Part shown: positions 18,093 to 28,134 of the stretch, piece after piece
Layout of the letters: every line of letters starts with the position of its first letter
Position numbering within the stretch: the first letter of the stretch is position 1
Origin: Acetobacteraceae bacterium
Lineage (GTDB): Bacteria; Pseudomonadota; Alphaproteobacteria; Acetobacterales; Acetobacteraceae
NCBI GenBank assembly: GCA_965276795.1
Contig: OZ255628.1
Span: forward strand, 2,183,850-2,247,849
Length of the DNA: 64,000 nt
Reading direction: 5' to 3'
Program-made: the position numbers and the translations under genes
The notes under the pieces: generated by a model
Databases searched by the model: none
What the model was told of the DNA's origin: nothing
The model's input: only the letters and a program-made list of their open reading frames with translations

Positions 18093-20726
18093 TTAATGAT
18101 CTGAGCGGGACCTGACGGCCGTCCGCAACGCGGCAGCGCGCGGTTTTTGTTTCTCAGACGCTTCCCGAACCGGCGCTACCGGATGTGAGGCCGGCAGGGC
18201 TCTGGCAATAAGGGTTTCATCGGCGGGATCCAGCAGGCGTAAATCCCGGTAGATGCCGCCTTCACGGGCGAAATTGCGGTTGTAGAACGGGTCGAACGGC
18301 AAAACATCGCCCCAGCGGGCTTGCATCACCTCGTTCTCCAGCATGAAGCGGGAGAGCTTGCCCTCGTCAAAATCATCGCCGCGGCTCAAGCTTTCGCGAT
18401 GCTCGGCGACGCAATCAGGCGTAAAGATGACGCGGTAACCCGCCTCGCGCAATTTGACGCAAAGATCGACATCGTTGAACGCCACTCTGAGTTCCGCCTC
18501 GTCAAAGCCGCCGACCCGCTCGAAGGCGCTCCGCCGCACCAGCATGCAGGCGGCGGTGACGGCGCCGGTCTGGGCGGCTGAAATGGCGCGCGCCAGATAG
18601 CCCGGCGCATCACCAGCAATGCCCCGGAACGCATGTTCGGCGATGCCGCCGACGCCCACGACAACCCCCGCGTGCTGCACGGTGCCGTTCGGATAAAGCA
18701 ATTTGCCGCCAACCGCGCCCACGGAAGGATCAGCCAAAGCCTCGTTCAGCAAAACCCGCAGCCAGTCAGGATGGCTGACAAACACGTCATTGTTCAGCAG
18801 CAGCAAAAACGGATGCTTTGCCGCCTTGGCGCCAAGGTTGTTAATCCGCGAATAGTTGAACGGCTCGGCGATGCGCAGCACCCGCGTCTCCGGCTGGTTC
18901 GCTTGTTCGGCACAGAATTTTTCGGCCTCAACGCTCTGCGACCAGTTATCCAGCAGGATGATCTCGTATTTGACGCCTTTGGTATGGGCGCGGATCGCCT
19001 TGACGCAGGCGCGGGTGAGCTCGATGTGGTCGCGGAACGGAATCAGGATTGAGACGCCCGGATCATCCTTGAACTCGAATTTGGTGCGGTAGCAGGTACG
19101 GCCGCCGCGCCGTGTCACCTTGGCGGGGAGGTTGCGGCGTTTCAGATGCGCGGCCACGGCGGCCTCGCCAGCCAGCGCCGCTTTAGGTTTCGCCAAAGCG
19201 CTGCCCGCCGTCGAAGTTTTCGAAATCCGCCAATGATACAGAATCTCCGGCACGTGATGGATTTCATGGGCGTGCAGCGTCTCGGTCAGGCGGAGCAGGA
19301 ATTCATGGTCCTGCGCGCCGTCATAGCGTGCCTCGAAGCCGCCGGATTGCCGCACCAGGCCAGCATCGGCGATGACGAAATGGCAGATATAGTTCTGGTC
19401 CAGCAGCAGGCGGTAGTTGAAATCCGGCTTGAAATTCGGCTCCGAAACATGCCCGGCGGCGTTGATCTTGTCCTCGTCGGAATACAGCAATTTCGCGCCG
19501 GATGCGGCGCGGGCGCGGAGCATCGCCTCCAGGGCAAAAGGGTCGAGCACATCGTCATGATCGAAAAACCCGATGACCTCGCCGCGCGCCTCGGCCAGCG
19601 CCCGGTTGGTGGCGGCGCTGATGCCGCCGTTTTTCGCCAAGGTAAACACGCGGATGCGCGGCTCGGCCAGCGCGAGGCGCTTCATGCTGGCCGCCACCGC
19701 CGCATCCTTGCCCGCGTCATCGACCAGGATCAGCTCCCAGTTCTGATAGGTTTGGGCGGTCACGCTGTCGACCGCTTCCAGGAACGCCCCGTGTTCAGGT
19801 CGATAGACTGGGCAGAGAATCGACACCAGCGGCGCGCCCTTGATCTCGCCATAGCGCGCCTTGGCGCGTGGCGCGATCAGCGGCGCGTTCGCCCGCGCCC
19901 AGCGCGGATAGGCGGCGAGGCTGTGGCGCTCGCTCGGCAAGGCCGCTTTCAGCTCGCGGCGCAAATGATAAGCGAAGCGGAACAGTTCATCCGTGCGGTC
20001 GATCAGCGCCTCGATGCGCGAGCGTTCGGCTTCGGCGGGCACGGCGATTTCCAGCGGGCTGCCGCGCAGCGCGATGCGCTCCGGCATCACGTGGAAATCC
20101 AGCGTCACCGCTTTGCCGTGCCGCAATTCCGGCGGCAGCGCATAGGAAAAGCCGCAGGCGGGATCGGCGCCTAAAGCTTCCGCCACATCGGCGCGGAACT
20201 GGTCGGCGATCAGCTCGGCGATGGGCTGGCCTTTGCAGGAGACCATCACCCGCAAGCCGCCGGATTTCTCCTGAATCTGGTCATCAATCTGGATCACCCA
20301 GCCCTGGATCAGCCCATCGACCAGCCCGTCCAGCACGCCGTCAATGCGGGTTTTGCGGCTCAGGCTGAAATGCAGCTCCGGCAGATTAAGCCCGCCGCGC
20401 CCCGGCAGATGCACCGGCGCGCCCTCGATGGTGGCGAAGGCAAGCACATGGCGCAGCCCATCCTGGAAGCGGGCGGGAATGCGATACTCGAATCCCACCT
20501 TGGTGGAAGGCAGGTTCAGCGCGCCGACATCCGGACGGTTCAGGCCGCAGGTGATGACATCGGCGACCATGCCGTCGATCATCACCCGCAGGACCAGCGA
20601 CGCTTTCGGGTTGAGCGGGTCCATTGCCCAGCCGGCGATCAGCCCATCCTCGATACGGTCCAGGAAACCAAGCGTGGTGCGGTTGGGCGGGCGGGTCAGG
20701 CGCGTCTGGGACATCGCTTCATCCAA
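18093..20726 (-). CDS. Large glycosyltransferase with two GT2 domains and a duplicated N-terminal domain
   Basis: VSILCPVYRPEHGAFLEAVDSVTAQTYQNWELILVDD and VSILIPFRDH...YEIILLDN. 877 aa. Confidence 0.8.
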   Translation of the reverse strand: MDEAMSQTRLTRPPNRTTLGFLDRIEDGLIAGWAMDPLNPKASLVLRVMIDGMVADVITCGLNRPDVGALNLPSTKVGFEYRIPARFQDGLRHVLAFATIEGAPVHLPGRGGLNLPELHFSLSRKTRIDGVLDGLVDGLIQGWVIQIDDQIQEKSGGLRVMVSCKGQPIAELIADQFRADVAEALGADPACGFSYALPPELRHGKAVTLDFHVMPERIALRGSPLEIAVPAEAERSRIEALIDRTDELFRFAYHLRRELKAALPSERHSLAAYPRWARANAPLIAPRAKARYGEIKGAPLVSILCPVYRPEHGAFLEAVDSVTAQTYQNWELILVDDAGKDAAVAASMKRLALAEPRIRVFTLAKNGGISAATNRALAEARGEVIGFFDHDDVLDPFALEAMLRARAASGAKLLYSDEDKINAAGHVSEPNFKPDFNYRLLLDQNYICHFVIADAGLVRQSGGFEARYDGAQDHEFLLRLTETLHAHEIHHVPEILYHWRISKTSTAGSALAKPKAALAGEAAVAAHLKRRNLPAKVTRRGGRTCYRTKFEFKDDPGVSILIPFRDHIELTRACVKAIRAHTKGVKYEIILLDNWSQSVEAEKFCAEQANQPETRVLRIAEPFNYSRINNLGAKAAKHPFLLLLNNDVFVSHPDWLRVLLNEALADPSVGAVGGKLLYPNGTVQHAGVVVGVGGIAEHAFRGIAGDAPGYLARAISAAQTGAVTAACMLVRRSAFERVGGFDEAELRVAFNDVDLCVKLREAGYRVIFTPDCVAEHRESLSRGDDFDEGKLSRFMLENEVMQARWGDVLPFDPFYNRNFAREGGIYRDLRLLDPADETLIARALPASHPVAPVREASEKQKPRAAALRTAVRSRSDH

Positions 20727-20793
20727 GGTTCAAGGAGATGATGACGCATGATTAACACAACCTTAAACCGCACAAAACCATAGAAAAACTATT

Positions 20794-20873
20794 AAAAGTT
20801 TTTTGCTGCTTTTTTCCAAAAAAGCAGTGCTTTCTTAAACAAAAGCTGCGCGCGCGGATTCAAAGAACTTTTG
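20794..20873. repeat. AT-rich palindromic unit (locus 3, single variant unit)
   Basis: AAAAGTTTTTTGCTGCTTTTTTCCAAAAAAGCAG ... AAAGAACTTTTG. Confidence 0.7.
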
Positions 20874-21034
20874 ACTCAATTTGAGCTGGCTTGTCACGCC
20901 TCGCGTTAAACCTTATACGCCTGCCTATCCTGCGCGAACTGGTCGCGAGTCCGGGCTTTCTGGCATGCCTGGCCGCGCTCTTGCGCCCCATTCACGGATG
21001 GGCCGGCTTTCGGAGGGCATAGAAGGAGAGAAAA

Positions 21035-21238
21035 ATGCCGAAAATGAAGACCAAGTCGTCGGTCAAAAAGCGGTTCAAGATCACCGCCACCGGCAAGGTG
21101 CTGGCAGGCCCTGGCAACAAGCGCCACGGGTTGATCAACCGCACCCAGAAGATGAAGCGCAGCAATCGCGGCAGCCAAACCCTTACCCATGCGGACGGGC
21201 TGACCGTCAAGCAATGGGCGCCCTACGGACTCGGTTGA
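21035..21238 (+). CDS. rpmI: 50S ribosomal protein L35
   Basis: [22 protein letters not shown]...; GGAGAG RBS. Confidence 0.97.
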   Translation: MPKMKTKSSVKKRFKITATGKVLAGPGNKRHGLINRTQKMKRSNRGSQTLTHADGLTVKQWAPYGLG

Positions 21239-21252
21239 GGAGGGCATAGCCA

Positions 21253-21657
21253 ATGGCACGCGTCAAACGGGGCGTTACCACCCATGCCCGCCACAAAAAA
21301 GTCCTCAAGCAGTCGAAGGGCTTCGTCGGGCGTTCATCCTCAAGTTATCGCATCGCGCTGGAGCGGCTGGAAAAGGCGCTGCGTTATGCCTACCGGGACC
21401 GCCGGGTCAAGAAGCGCGAATTCCGCTCGCTGTGGATCCAGCGGATCAACGCGGCGGTGCGCGAGCATGGCCTCACCTACAGCCAGTTCATCGCCGGGCT
21501 GAAATCGGCGAATATCGAGATCGACCGCAAGGTGCTGGCGGCGATGGCCTATGACGACGCGGCGGCGTTCGGCGCCGTGGTGGAAGCGGTGCGCAATGTT
21601 CGCGTGGAAGCCGGGGCGCCAGCCGCCGAAGCGCCCGCGGAAGCGGCTACCGCCTGA
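21253..21657 (+). CDS. rplT: 50S ribosomal protein L20
   Basis: [24 protein letters not shown]...[25 protein letters not shown]. Confidence 0.97.
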   Translation: MARVKRGVTTHARHKKVLKQSKGFVGRSSSSYRIALERLEKALRYAYRDRRVKKREFRSLWIQRINAAVREHGLTYSQFIAGLKSANIEIDRKVLAAMAYDDAAAFGAVVEAVRNVRVEAGAPAAEAPAEAATA

Positions 21658-21666
21658 GCTAAAGTC

Positions 21667-22500
21667 TCACTGAGCGAAAGTCTCATGAGGGCAGGTCCCG
21701 GCGCGGGAGGCGAGAAAGGACAGCCCGTTCGCCGCCGCCCAATCGATTAGTTCAAGCCTGCCATCATCGTGCTCAACCAAGGCGGTGCAGCTTTCCACCC
21801 AGTCGCCGTCATTAATATAGAGCATTCCATGAACCAAGCGCATTTCGGCATGATGGATATGGCCGCAGATCACGCCGTCGAACCCGCGCTTTGCCGCGTC
21901 ACCGGCGAGCGCCGTCTCGAACCGGTCGATCGCCTTGACGGCGCCCTTCACCTGCCGCTTCAGATAGGCCGAAAGCGACCAGTACGGATAGCCAAAACGC
22001 GCCCGGATCAGGTTGAACCAGCGGTTTATCACCAGGGCCATGGTGTAGGAGCAATCGCCCAGCAAGGCGAGCGACCGGGCATAGCAGACGACAGAATCGA
22101 ACTGGTCGCCGTGGATCACCAGCAGCCGCTTGCCGTCGGCGGTGACATGCTCGGCCTCGGGGGCCAGTTTTATGCCGGCCAGCTTGATCCCTTCAAGCTC
22201 TGGACCGAGCGGCAGCAGCTTTCGCATCACCTCGTCATGATTGCCGGGGATATAGGTGATCTCCGTGCCGTTCCGCGCGTGCTGCAAAATGAGCCGGAGC
22301 ACTTCGTCATGATGCGCGTCCCAGAACCAGCCGCGCTTGAGCCGCCAGCCATCGATGATGTCGCCCACCAGATAGATATGCTGCGCCGAAACGCGGGATA
22401 GGAAATCGGCCAGAAACTCCGCCCGGCAGCCGCGCGTGCCGAGATGCGTGTCGGAGATGAACACGCTGCGATACCGGGTGACGAGCACGGATGCGTTCAT
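21667..22500 (-). CDS. LpxH-like metallophosphoesterase (UDP-2,3-diacylglucosamine diphosphatase family)
   Basis: FISDTHLG, LVGDIIDGW, IPGNHDE, VIHGDQFD and CGHIHH motifs. Confidence 0.7.
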   Translation of the reverse strand: MNASVLVTRYRSVFISDTHLGTRGCRAEFLADFLSRVSAQHIYLVGDIIDGWRLKRGWFWDAHHDEVLRLILQHARNGTEITYIPGNHDEVMRKLLPLGPELEGIKLAGIKLAPEAEHVTADGKRLLVIHGDQFDSVVCYARSLALLGDCSYTMALVINRWFNLIRARFGYPYWSLSAYLKRQVKGAVKAIDRFETALAGDAAKRGFDGVICGHIHHAEMRLVHGMLYINDGDWVESCTALVEHDDGRLELIDWAAANGLSFLASRAGTCPHETFAQ

Positions 22501-22609
22501 GGCCGCCCTGTAATCGCTGCCACCGCGCCGCGCCTAATGAAACTCTGATGACAAGGCGACCGTCAATCGTTTTCTTCCAGTTGTACCTTGGCTATGCTAT
22601 GATCCTGAC

Positions 22610-23194
22610 ATGAGCGTTGTCACGAAAATTCCCGCCCGGATGAGCGTCATTGAATTTCTCGCCTGGTGTCCGGAAGATGGCTATTTTTGGCAGTTAATCG
22701 ATGGCGAACCGGTGGCCATGGCGCCGCCGAGCAATACCCATGGGGCGATCCAAAATGAAATTGGCGCCTTGCTTCGAAACCATCTCCTCGATCAGGACAG
22801 TCCCTGCCGCGTCATTACCACGCCTGGGGTGAGGCCGCATGTCAACGCCAGGCAAAACGTGCGGATCCCCGACCTGGCAATAACCTGCTCGCCCGCCGCC
22901 GCCGATGAAAGGCTGCTTGAGGATCCGGTCCTGGTGATCGAAATCCTGTCGCCCAGCAATCCCGCCGAAACCTGGGCCAATGTTTGGGCCTATAGTTCGA
23001 TCCCCAGCGTCCGGGAGATCGTGGTGGTCTCGTCGCCGGGGATTTCGGCGGAGCTGCTGCGGCGCGGGGCGGACGGCGCATGGCCGCAAACCCCCACTTT
23101 GCTTCACGAGGGCGACATCGCCTTCGAGACAATCGGCTATCGCGGCCCGCTGGCCGGCTTCTACCGCACCACCGGGCTTCGCGCCGCAAGCTGA
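22610..23194 (+). CDS. Uma2 family endonuclease (DUF820)
   Basis: EFLAW...QLIDGEPVAMAPPSNTHG...IPDLAI...VIEILSPSN pattern. Confidence 0.8.
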   Translation: MSVVTKIPARMSVIEFLAWCPEDGYFWQLIDGEPVAMAPPSNTHGAIQNEIGALLRNHLLDQDSPCRVITTPGVRPHVNARQNVRIPDLAITCSPAAADERLLEDPVLVIEILSPSNPAETWANVWAYSSIPSVREIVVVSSPGISAELLRRGADGAWPQTPTLLHEGDIAFETIGYRGPLAGFYRTTGLRAAS

Positions 23195-23261
23195 GCGTGT
23201 CGCGCCTAACCCATCCTCAATTAAATTGACAAGGGTGACGCAATTATAGAACATCCCGCCC

Positions 23262-24050
23262 ATGCTCTATTGGATATACGACATCCCGACCTGGGCGTTC
23301 GGCACGCTGATGACTGTCCTGTTCTGGGGGTTCGCATGGCTGGCGATCCTCGCGCTGCGTCCCTTCGTGCATGCGCGGCTGCGCGCCGAGCATCGCGCCA
23401 ATGATTTCGTCGGCTTCACCTTCTCCAGTTTCGCGGTGTTTTACGGCCTGCTGCTCGGTTTGCTCGCCGTCGCCGCCTACCAGAACTACGCGGATGTCGA
23501 TGACGGCGTAACCCGCGAAGCCGCCAGCCTGATCGCGCTGTACCACATGGCCTCCAGCTATCCGCCGCCGGCGCGCGAGGCCCTGCAAGCCGAAATCAGC
23601 GCCTATACCCTGGACACCATCAAGCGAGGCTGGCCCTTGCAGCAGCAAGGCATCGTGCCCTCCGGCGGAGCGCAGCGCATGTCGAGGATTTATTCGACGC
23701 TGCTTTCCTTCAAGCCGCGCGATCCAGGAGAGCAGATCATCCAGGCGGAGACGCTGCGGGAAATGAACCACTATGACGAGCTGCGGCGCATCCGCCTGAA
23801 CAATGTCGAAACCGGCATCCCCGCCGTTTTATGGTATGTGGTGGCGATCGGCGCGGTGATCGCCATCATCCTGGTTGCGCTGTTCGACATGGAATTGCAG
23901 GTTCATCTTATCCTCGGCGGCCTGTTCTCGGTGTTCCTCGGCATGATGATCTTCCTGGTCGCTGTTATGGATCACCCCTTCCGCGGGCAAGTGAGCGTCT
24001 CGCCGGCGGCGCTGCAAGGGGTTTACGACTCGCTCATGAAGCCACGCTGA
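23262..24050 (+). CDS. Membrane protein, DUF4239/bestrophin-like
   Basis: Two N-terminal and two C-terminal hydrophobic helices flank a soluble middle. Family assignment is from memory of DUF4239 topology. Confidence 0.45.
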   Translation: MLYWIYDIPTWAFGTLMTVLFWGFAWLAILALRPFVHARLRAEHRANDFVGFTFSSFAVFYGLLLGLLAVAAYQNYADVDDGVTREAASLIALYHMASSYPPPAREALQAEISAYTLDTIKRGWPLQQQGIVPSGGAQRMSRIYSTLLSFKPRDPGEQIIQAETLREMNHYDELRRIRLNNVETGIPAVLWYVVAIGAVIAIILVALFDMELQVHLILGGLFSVFLGMMIFLVAVMDHPFRGQVSVSPAALQGVYDSLMKPR

Positions 24051-24092
24051 TCCGCTACCATATAAGCGCAAGAAACCAGTGAGGAGACCACT

Positions 24093-25115
<1,023 letters not shown>

Positions 25116-25121
25116 ACGAGA

Positions 25122-25160
25122 GAAAGTTTTTTGGTTCTTTTTTACAAAAAAGAACCGCTT
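25122..25160. repeat. AT-rich palindromic unit (locus 4, single A unit) immediately 3' of the oxidoreductase
   Basis: GAAAGTTTTTTGGTTCTTTTTTACAAAAAAGAACCGCTT. Confidence 0.8.
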
Positions 25161-25270
25161 GCTTAAAGGGCTGGCCTGTTGCACGGCTGGCCCCGCTATG
25201 CCACTGTCATGACAAGAAATTTACTTGGGTGGACGTTCGATGAGGGCTGGCATGCGCACAGGATGGCGGG

Positions 25271-26035
25271 TTGAGTTACGTTCTTGAGGCGCGTGGCCTG
25301 GCCAAAGGGTTTCGCGGCTTCATGGCCGTGCAGGACGTCGATCTGCAAGTGCAACAGGGCAGCATTCATGCCCTTATCGGCCCGAACGGCGCTGGCAAAA
25401 CCACTTGCTTCAACCTGCTGACCAAGTTTTTGCAGCCCAGCGCTGGGACGATTCATTTCGAGGGACAAGACATCACCAGCCTTGCCTCCGCCGATATCGC
25501 GCGGCTTGGCATGGTGCGGAGTTTCCAAATCTCCGCGGTATTCGGTCATCTGACGGCGCTGGAGAATGTCCGCGTGGCCTTGCAGCGGGCGCGCGGCGCC
25601 AGCTTTGATTTCTGGCGCACCGACCGGGTGCTGCGCCGCTACGATGACCGGGCGCGGCAGTTGCTGGAGAATGTCGGGCTGTCCGACAGCGTCGACAGGC
25701 TGGCCGCCGAACTCTCCTATGGCCGCAAGCGAGCGCTGGAAATCGCCACCACTCTGGCGCTGGAGCCAAGGCTAATGCTGCTCGACGAGCCGACCGCCGG
25801 GATGACCGAAGCGGATGTCGGGCGCATCGTTACGCTGATTCGCAACATCCGGGTCGGGCGGACGATCTTGATGGTCGAGCATAATCTGTCGGTGGTTTCG
25901 GGCCTGTCGGATAAGATCACCGTGCTGGCGCGCGGCCGCGTGCTGGCGGAAGGCGATTATGCCAGCGTCTCGGCGGACCCCGCCGTGGTGGAGGCCTATC
26001 TGGGCTCCGATCACGCCGAGGCCGTTCATGCTTGA
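25271..26035 (+). CDS. Branched-chain-type ABC transporter ATP-binding protein (LivG-like)
   Basis: TTG start. GPNGAGKTT, LSYGRKRALEIA and LLDEPTAGM. Confidence 0.85.
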   Translation: MSYVLEARGLAKGFRGFMAVQDVDLQVQQGSIHALIGPNGAGKTTCFNLLTKFLQPSAGTIHFEGQDITSLASADIARLGMVRSFQISAVFGHLTALENVRVALQRARGASFDFWRTDRVLRRYDDRARQLLENVGLSDSVDRLAAELSYGRKRALEIATTLALEPRLMLLDEPTAGMTEADVGRIVTLIRNIRVGRTILMVEHNLSVVSGLSDKITVLARGRVLAEGDYASVSADPAVVEAYLGSDHAEAVHA

Positions 26036-26720
26036 AATCAAGGGGCTAAACGCCTGGTACGATGAAAGCCATGTGCTGCACGGCATGGATTTCGAGGTGC
26101 GGCAGGGCGAATGCGTCACCTTGCTGGGCCGCAATGGCGCCGGGAAATCCACCACGCTCAAATCGATCATGGGATTGGTCGCGAAGCGGACGGGAAGCGT
26201 TCGTTTCAACGGCGCCGAGATGATCGCGGCGCGACCTGATCGGGTCGGACGGGCGGGGATTGGCTTTTGCCCGGAGGATCGCGGCATTTTCGCGGGATTG
26301 ACCGTCGAGGAAAACCTGTTGCTGCCGCCGGTGGTGGCGCAAGGCGGCATGAGCATCGCCGACATCCATGCGCTGTTCCCGAACTTGCAGGAACGCTCGA
26401 AAAGCCAGGGCACCAAACTATCCGGCGGCGAGCAGCAGATGCTGGCGATTGCGCGGATTTTGCGCACAGGCGCGAAACTCTTGCTGCTCGATGAGCCGAC
26501 CGAAGGGTTGGCCCCTGTCATCGTGCAGCAGATCGGCCGGATGATCCTGGAGATCAAGCGGCGCGGCTTTACCGTCTTGCTGGTGGAACAAAATTTTCAT
26601 TTCGCGGCAAAACTCGCCGACCGTCACTATCTCGTCGAACATGGCCAGGTCGCCGACATGATTCCCAACGACCAACTGCCTGCCAAAGCCGAGGCGCTGC
26701 ACAGGCGCCTTGGGATATAA
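26028..26720 (+). CDS. Branched-chain-type ABC transporter ATP-binding protein (LivF-like)
   Basis: ATG overlaps the upstream stop (ATGCTTGA). GRNGAGKST, LSGGEQQMLAIAR and LLLDEPTEGL. Confidence 0.85.
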   Translation: MLEIKGLNAWYDESHVLHGMDFEVRQGECVTLLGRNGAGKSTTLKSIMGLVAKRTGSVRFNGAEMIAARPDRVGRAGIGFCPEDRGIFAGLTVEENLLLPPVVAQGGMSIADIHALFPNLQERSKSQGTKLSGGEQQMLAIARILRTGAKLLLLDEPTEGLAPVIVQQIGRMILEIKRRGFTVLLVEQNFHFAAKLADRHYLVEHGQVADMIPNDQLPAKAEALHRRLGI

Positions 26721-26740
26721 TTCACTCAGGAGAAACATCC

Positions 26741-27973
26741 ATGAACGTTACCAGACGCACTTTGCTTGGCACCGCCGCTGGCGGCGCCGCTATTGCGGCT
26801 CTGCCGGTTTCCCGCGCGCGGGCCGCCGGCAAGTCGCTGAAAATCGCGGTGATCAGCGATTTTTCGGGACCTTATCGCGATGATGGCGGCCCCACCTCGG
26901 TCGCCTGCGTCGAGCAGGCGATCGCCGATTTCGGCGCGAAACAAAAAGGGTATGACGTCACGGTCATCAAGGGCGACCATCAGAACAAGCCCGATATCGG
27001 CGCTGGCCTGGCGCGGCGTTTCTACGATGAAGGCGCCGATCTGGTGATCGACGTGCCGAACACCGCGGTCGCGCTGGCGATCGAAGGCGTCGCGCATGAC
27101 AAAAACCGCGCCTATATCAATTCCGGCGCCGCCGGCTCGGTGATGACCGGGAAATTCTGCAACGCGCAGACCATTCATTGGACCTATGACACTTATATGC
27201 TGGCGCAATCGACCGGCGGCGCGATGGTCAAGGCCGGCGGCACTTCCTGGTTCTTTGTCACTGCCAATTACGCCTTCGGCCATCTGCTGCATGAGCAGAC
27301 CGCGTCGGTGGTGGAAAAGCAGGGCGGCAAGGTGCTGGGCAATGTGAACTATCCCTTCCCGCAAACCACCGACTTCTCCTCCTATCTGATCCAGGCGCAG
27401 TCATCCGGGGCCAAGGTGCTTGGCCTCGCCAATGCCGGACAGGACACGGTGAATTCGATCAAGCAGGCGCATCAGTTCGGCCTCAACAAAAAGATGAAAA
27501 TCGCGGCGCTGCTCGCCTTCATCAACGACGTTCACGGCATGGGGCTGGAGGTCGCGCAGGACCTGATCCTGACATCGAGCTTCTATTGGGATCTGAACGA
27601 CCGCACCCGCGCTTTCACGAAACGGGTGCTGCCGCGCACGCCGACCAATTATCCGAGCATGGATCAGGCCGGCTGCTATTCGGGCGCGCTGGCCTTCCTG
27701 AAAGCGGTTGACGCGATGGGCGGACCGAAAGGCGCGAGCGACGGCGCGGCGGTGGTGGCGCAGATGAAGAAAATGCCAACCGATGACGATGCCTTCGGCA
27801 AGGCCTCGATCCGCGAGGATGGCCGGTTCATGTGCAACGCCTATCTGTTCCAGGTAAAGACGCCGGCGGAAAGCAAGAAGCCGTGGGATTATTACAAGCT
27901 GCTGGCCACCACGCCGCCGGATCAGGCGTTCATGCCGGTGAAGGATGAAGGATGCCCGCTGGTCAAGGCGTAA
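26741..27973 (+). CDS. ABC transporter substrate-binding protein (LivK/amide-binding PBP1 family), Tat-like signal
   Basis: MNVTRRTLLGTAAGGAAIAALPVSRARA. PBP type-1 pattern. Confidence 0.8.
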   Translation: MNVTRRTLLGTAAGGAAIAALPVSRARAAGKSLKIAVISDFSGPYRDDGGPTSVACVEQAIADFGAKQKGYDVTVIKGDHQNKPDIGAGLARRFYDEGADLVIDVPNTAVALAIEGVAHDKNRAYINSGAAGSVMTGKFCNAQTIHWTYDTYMLAQSTGGAMVKAGGTSWFFVTANYAFGHLLHEQTASVVEKQGGKVLGNVNYPFPQTTDFSSYLIQAQSSGAKVLGLANAGQDTVNSIKQAHQFGLNKKMKIAALLAFINDVHGMGLEVAQDLILTSSFYWDLNDRTRAFTKRVLPRTPTNYPSMDQAGCYSGALAFLKAVDAMGGPKGASDGAAVVAQMKKMPTDDDAFGKASIREDGRFMCNAYLFQVKTPAESKKPWDYYKLLATTPPDQAFMPVKDEGCPLVKA

Positions 27974-27976
27974 AAG

Positions 27977-28113
27977 CAAGCGGTTCTTTTTTACAAAAAA
28001 GCCGGCCCGGCAGGAGAACCAAAAAACTCTTGTTGATTAACCTCTGCTGGTTTCACCAGCACCGCCTAACCAAGGAAAATTTTTTGCTTCTTTTTTATAA
28101 AAAAGAAGCGCTT
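27977..28113. repeat. AT-rich palindromic unit pair (locus 5, inverted orientation, A hairpin interrupted) inside the liv-type operon
   Basis: AAGCGGTTCTTTTTTACAAAAAAG[14-nt GC insert]GAACCAAAAAACTCTTG ... GAAAATTTTTTGCTTCTTTTTTATAAAAAAGAAGCGCTT. Confidence 0.8.
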
Positions 28114-28134
28114 CCTTGCTTACCCTAAGGACCG

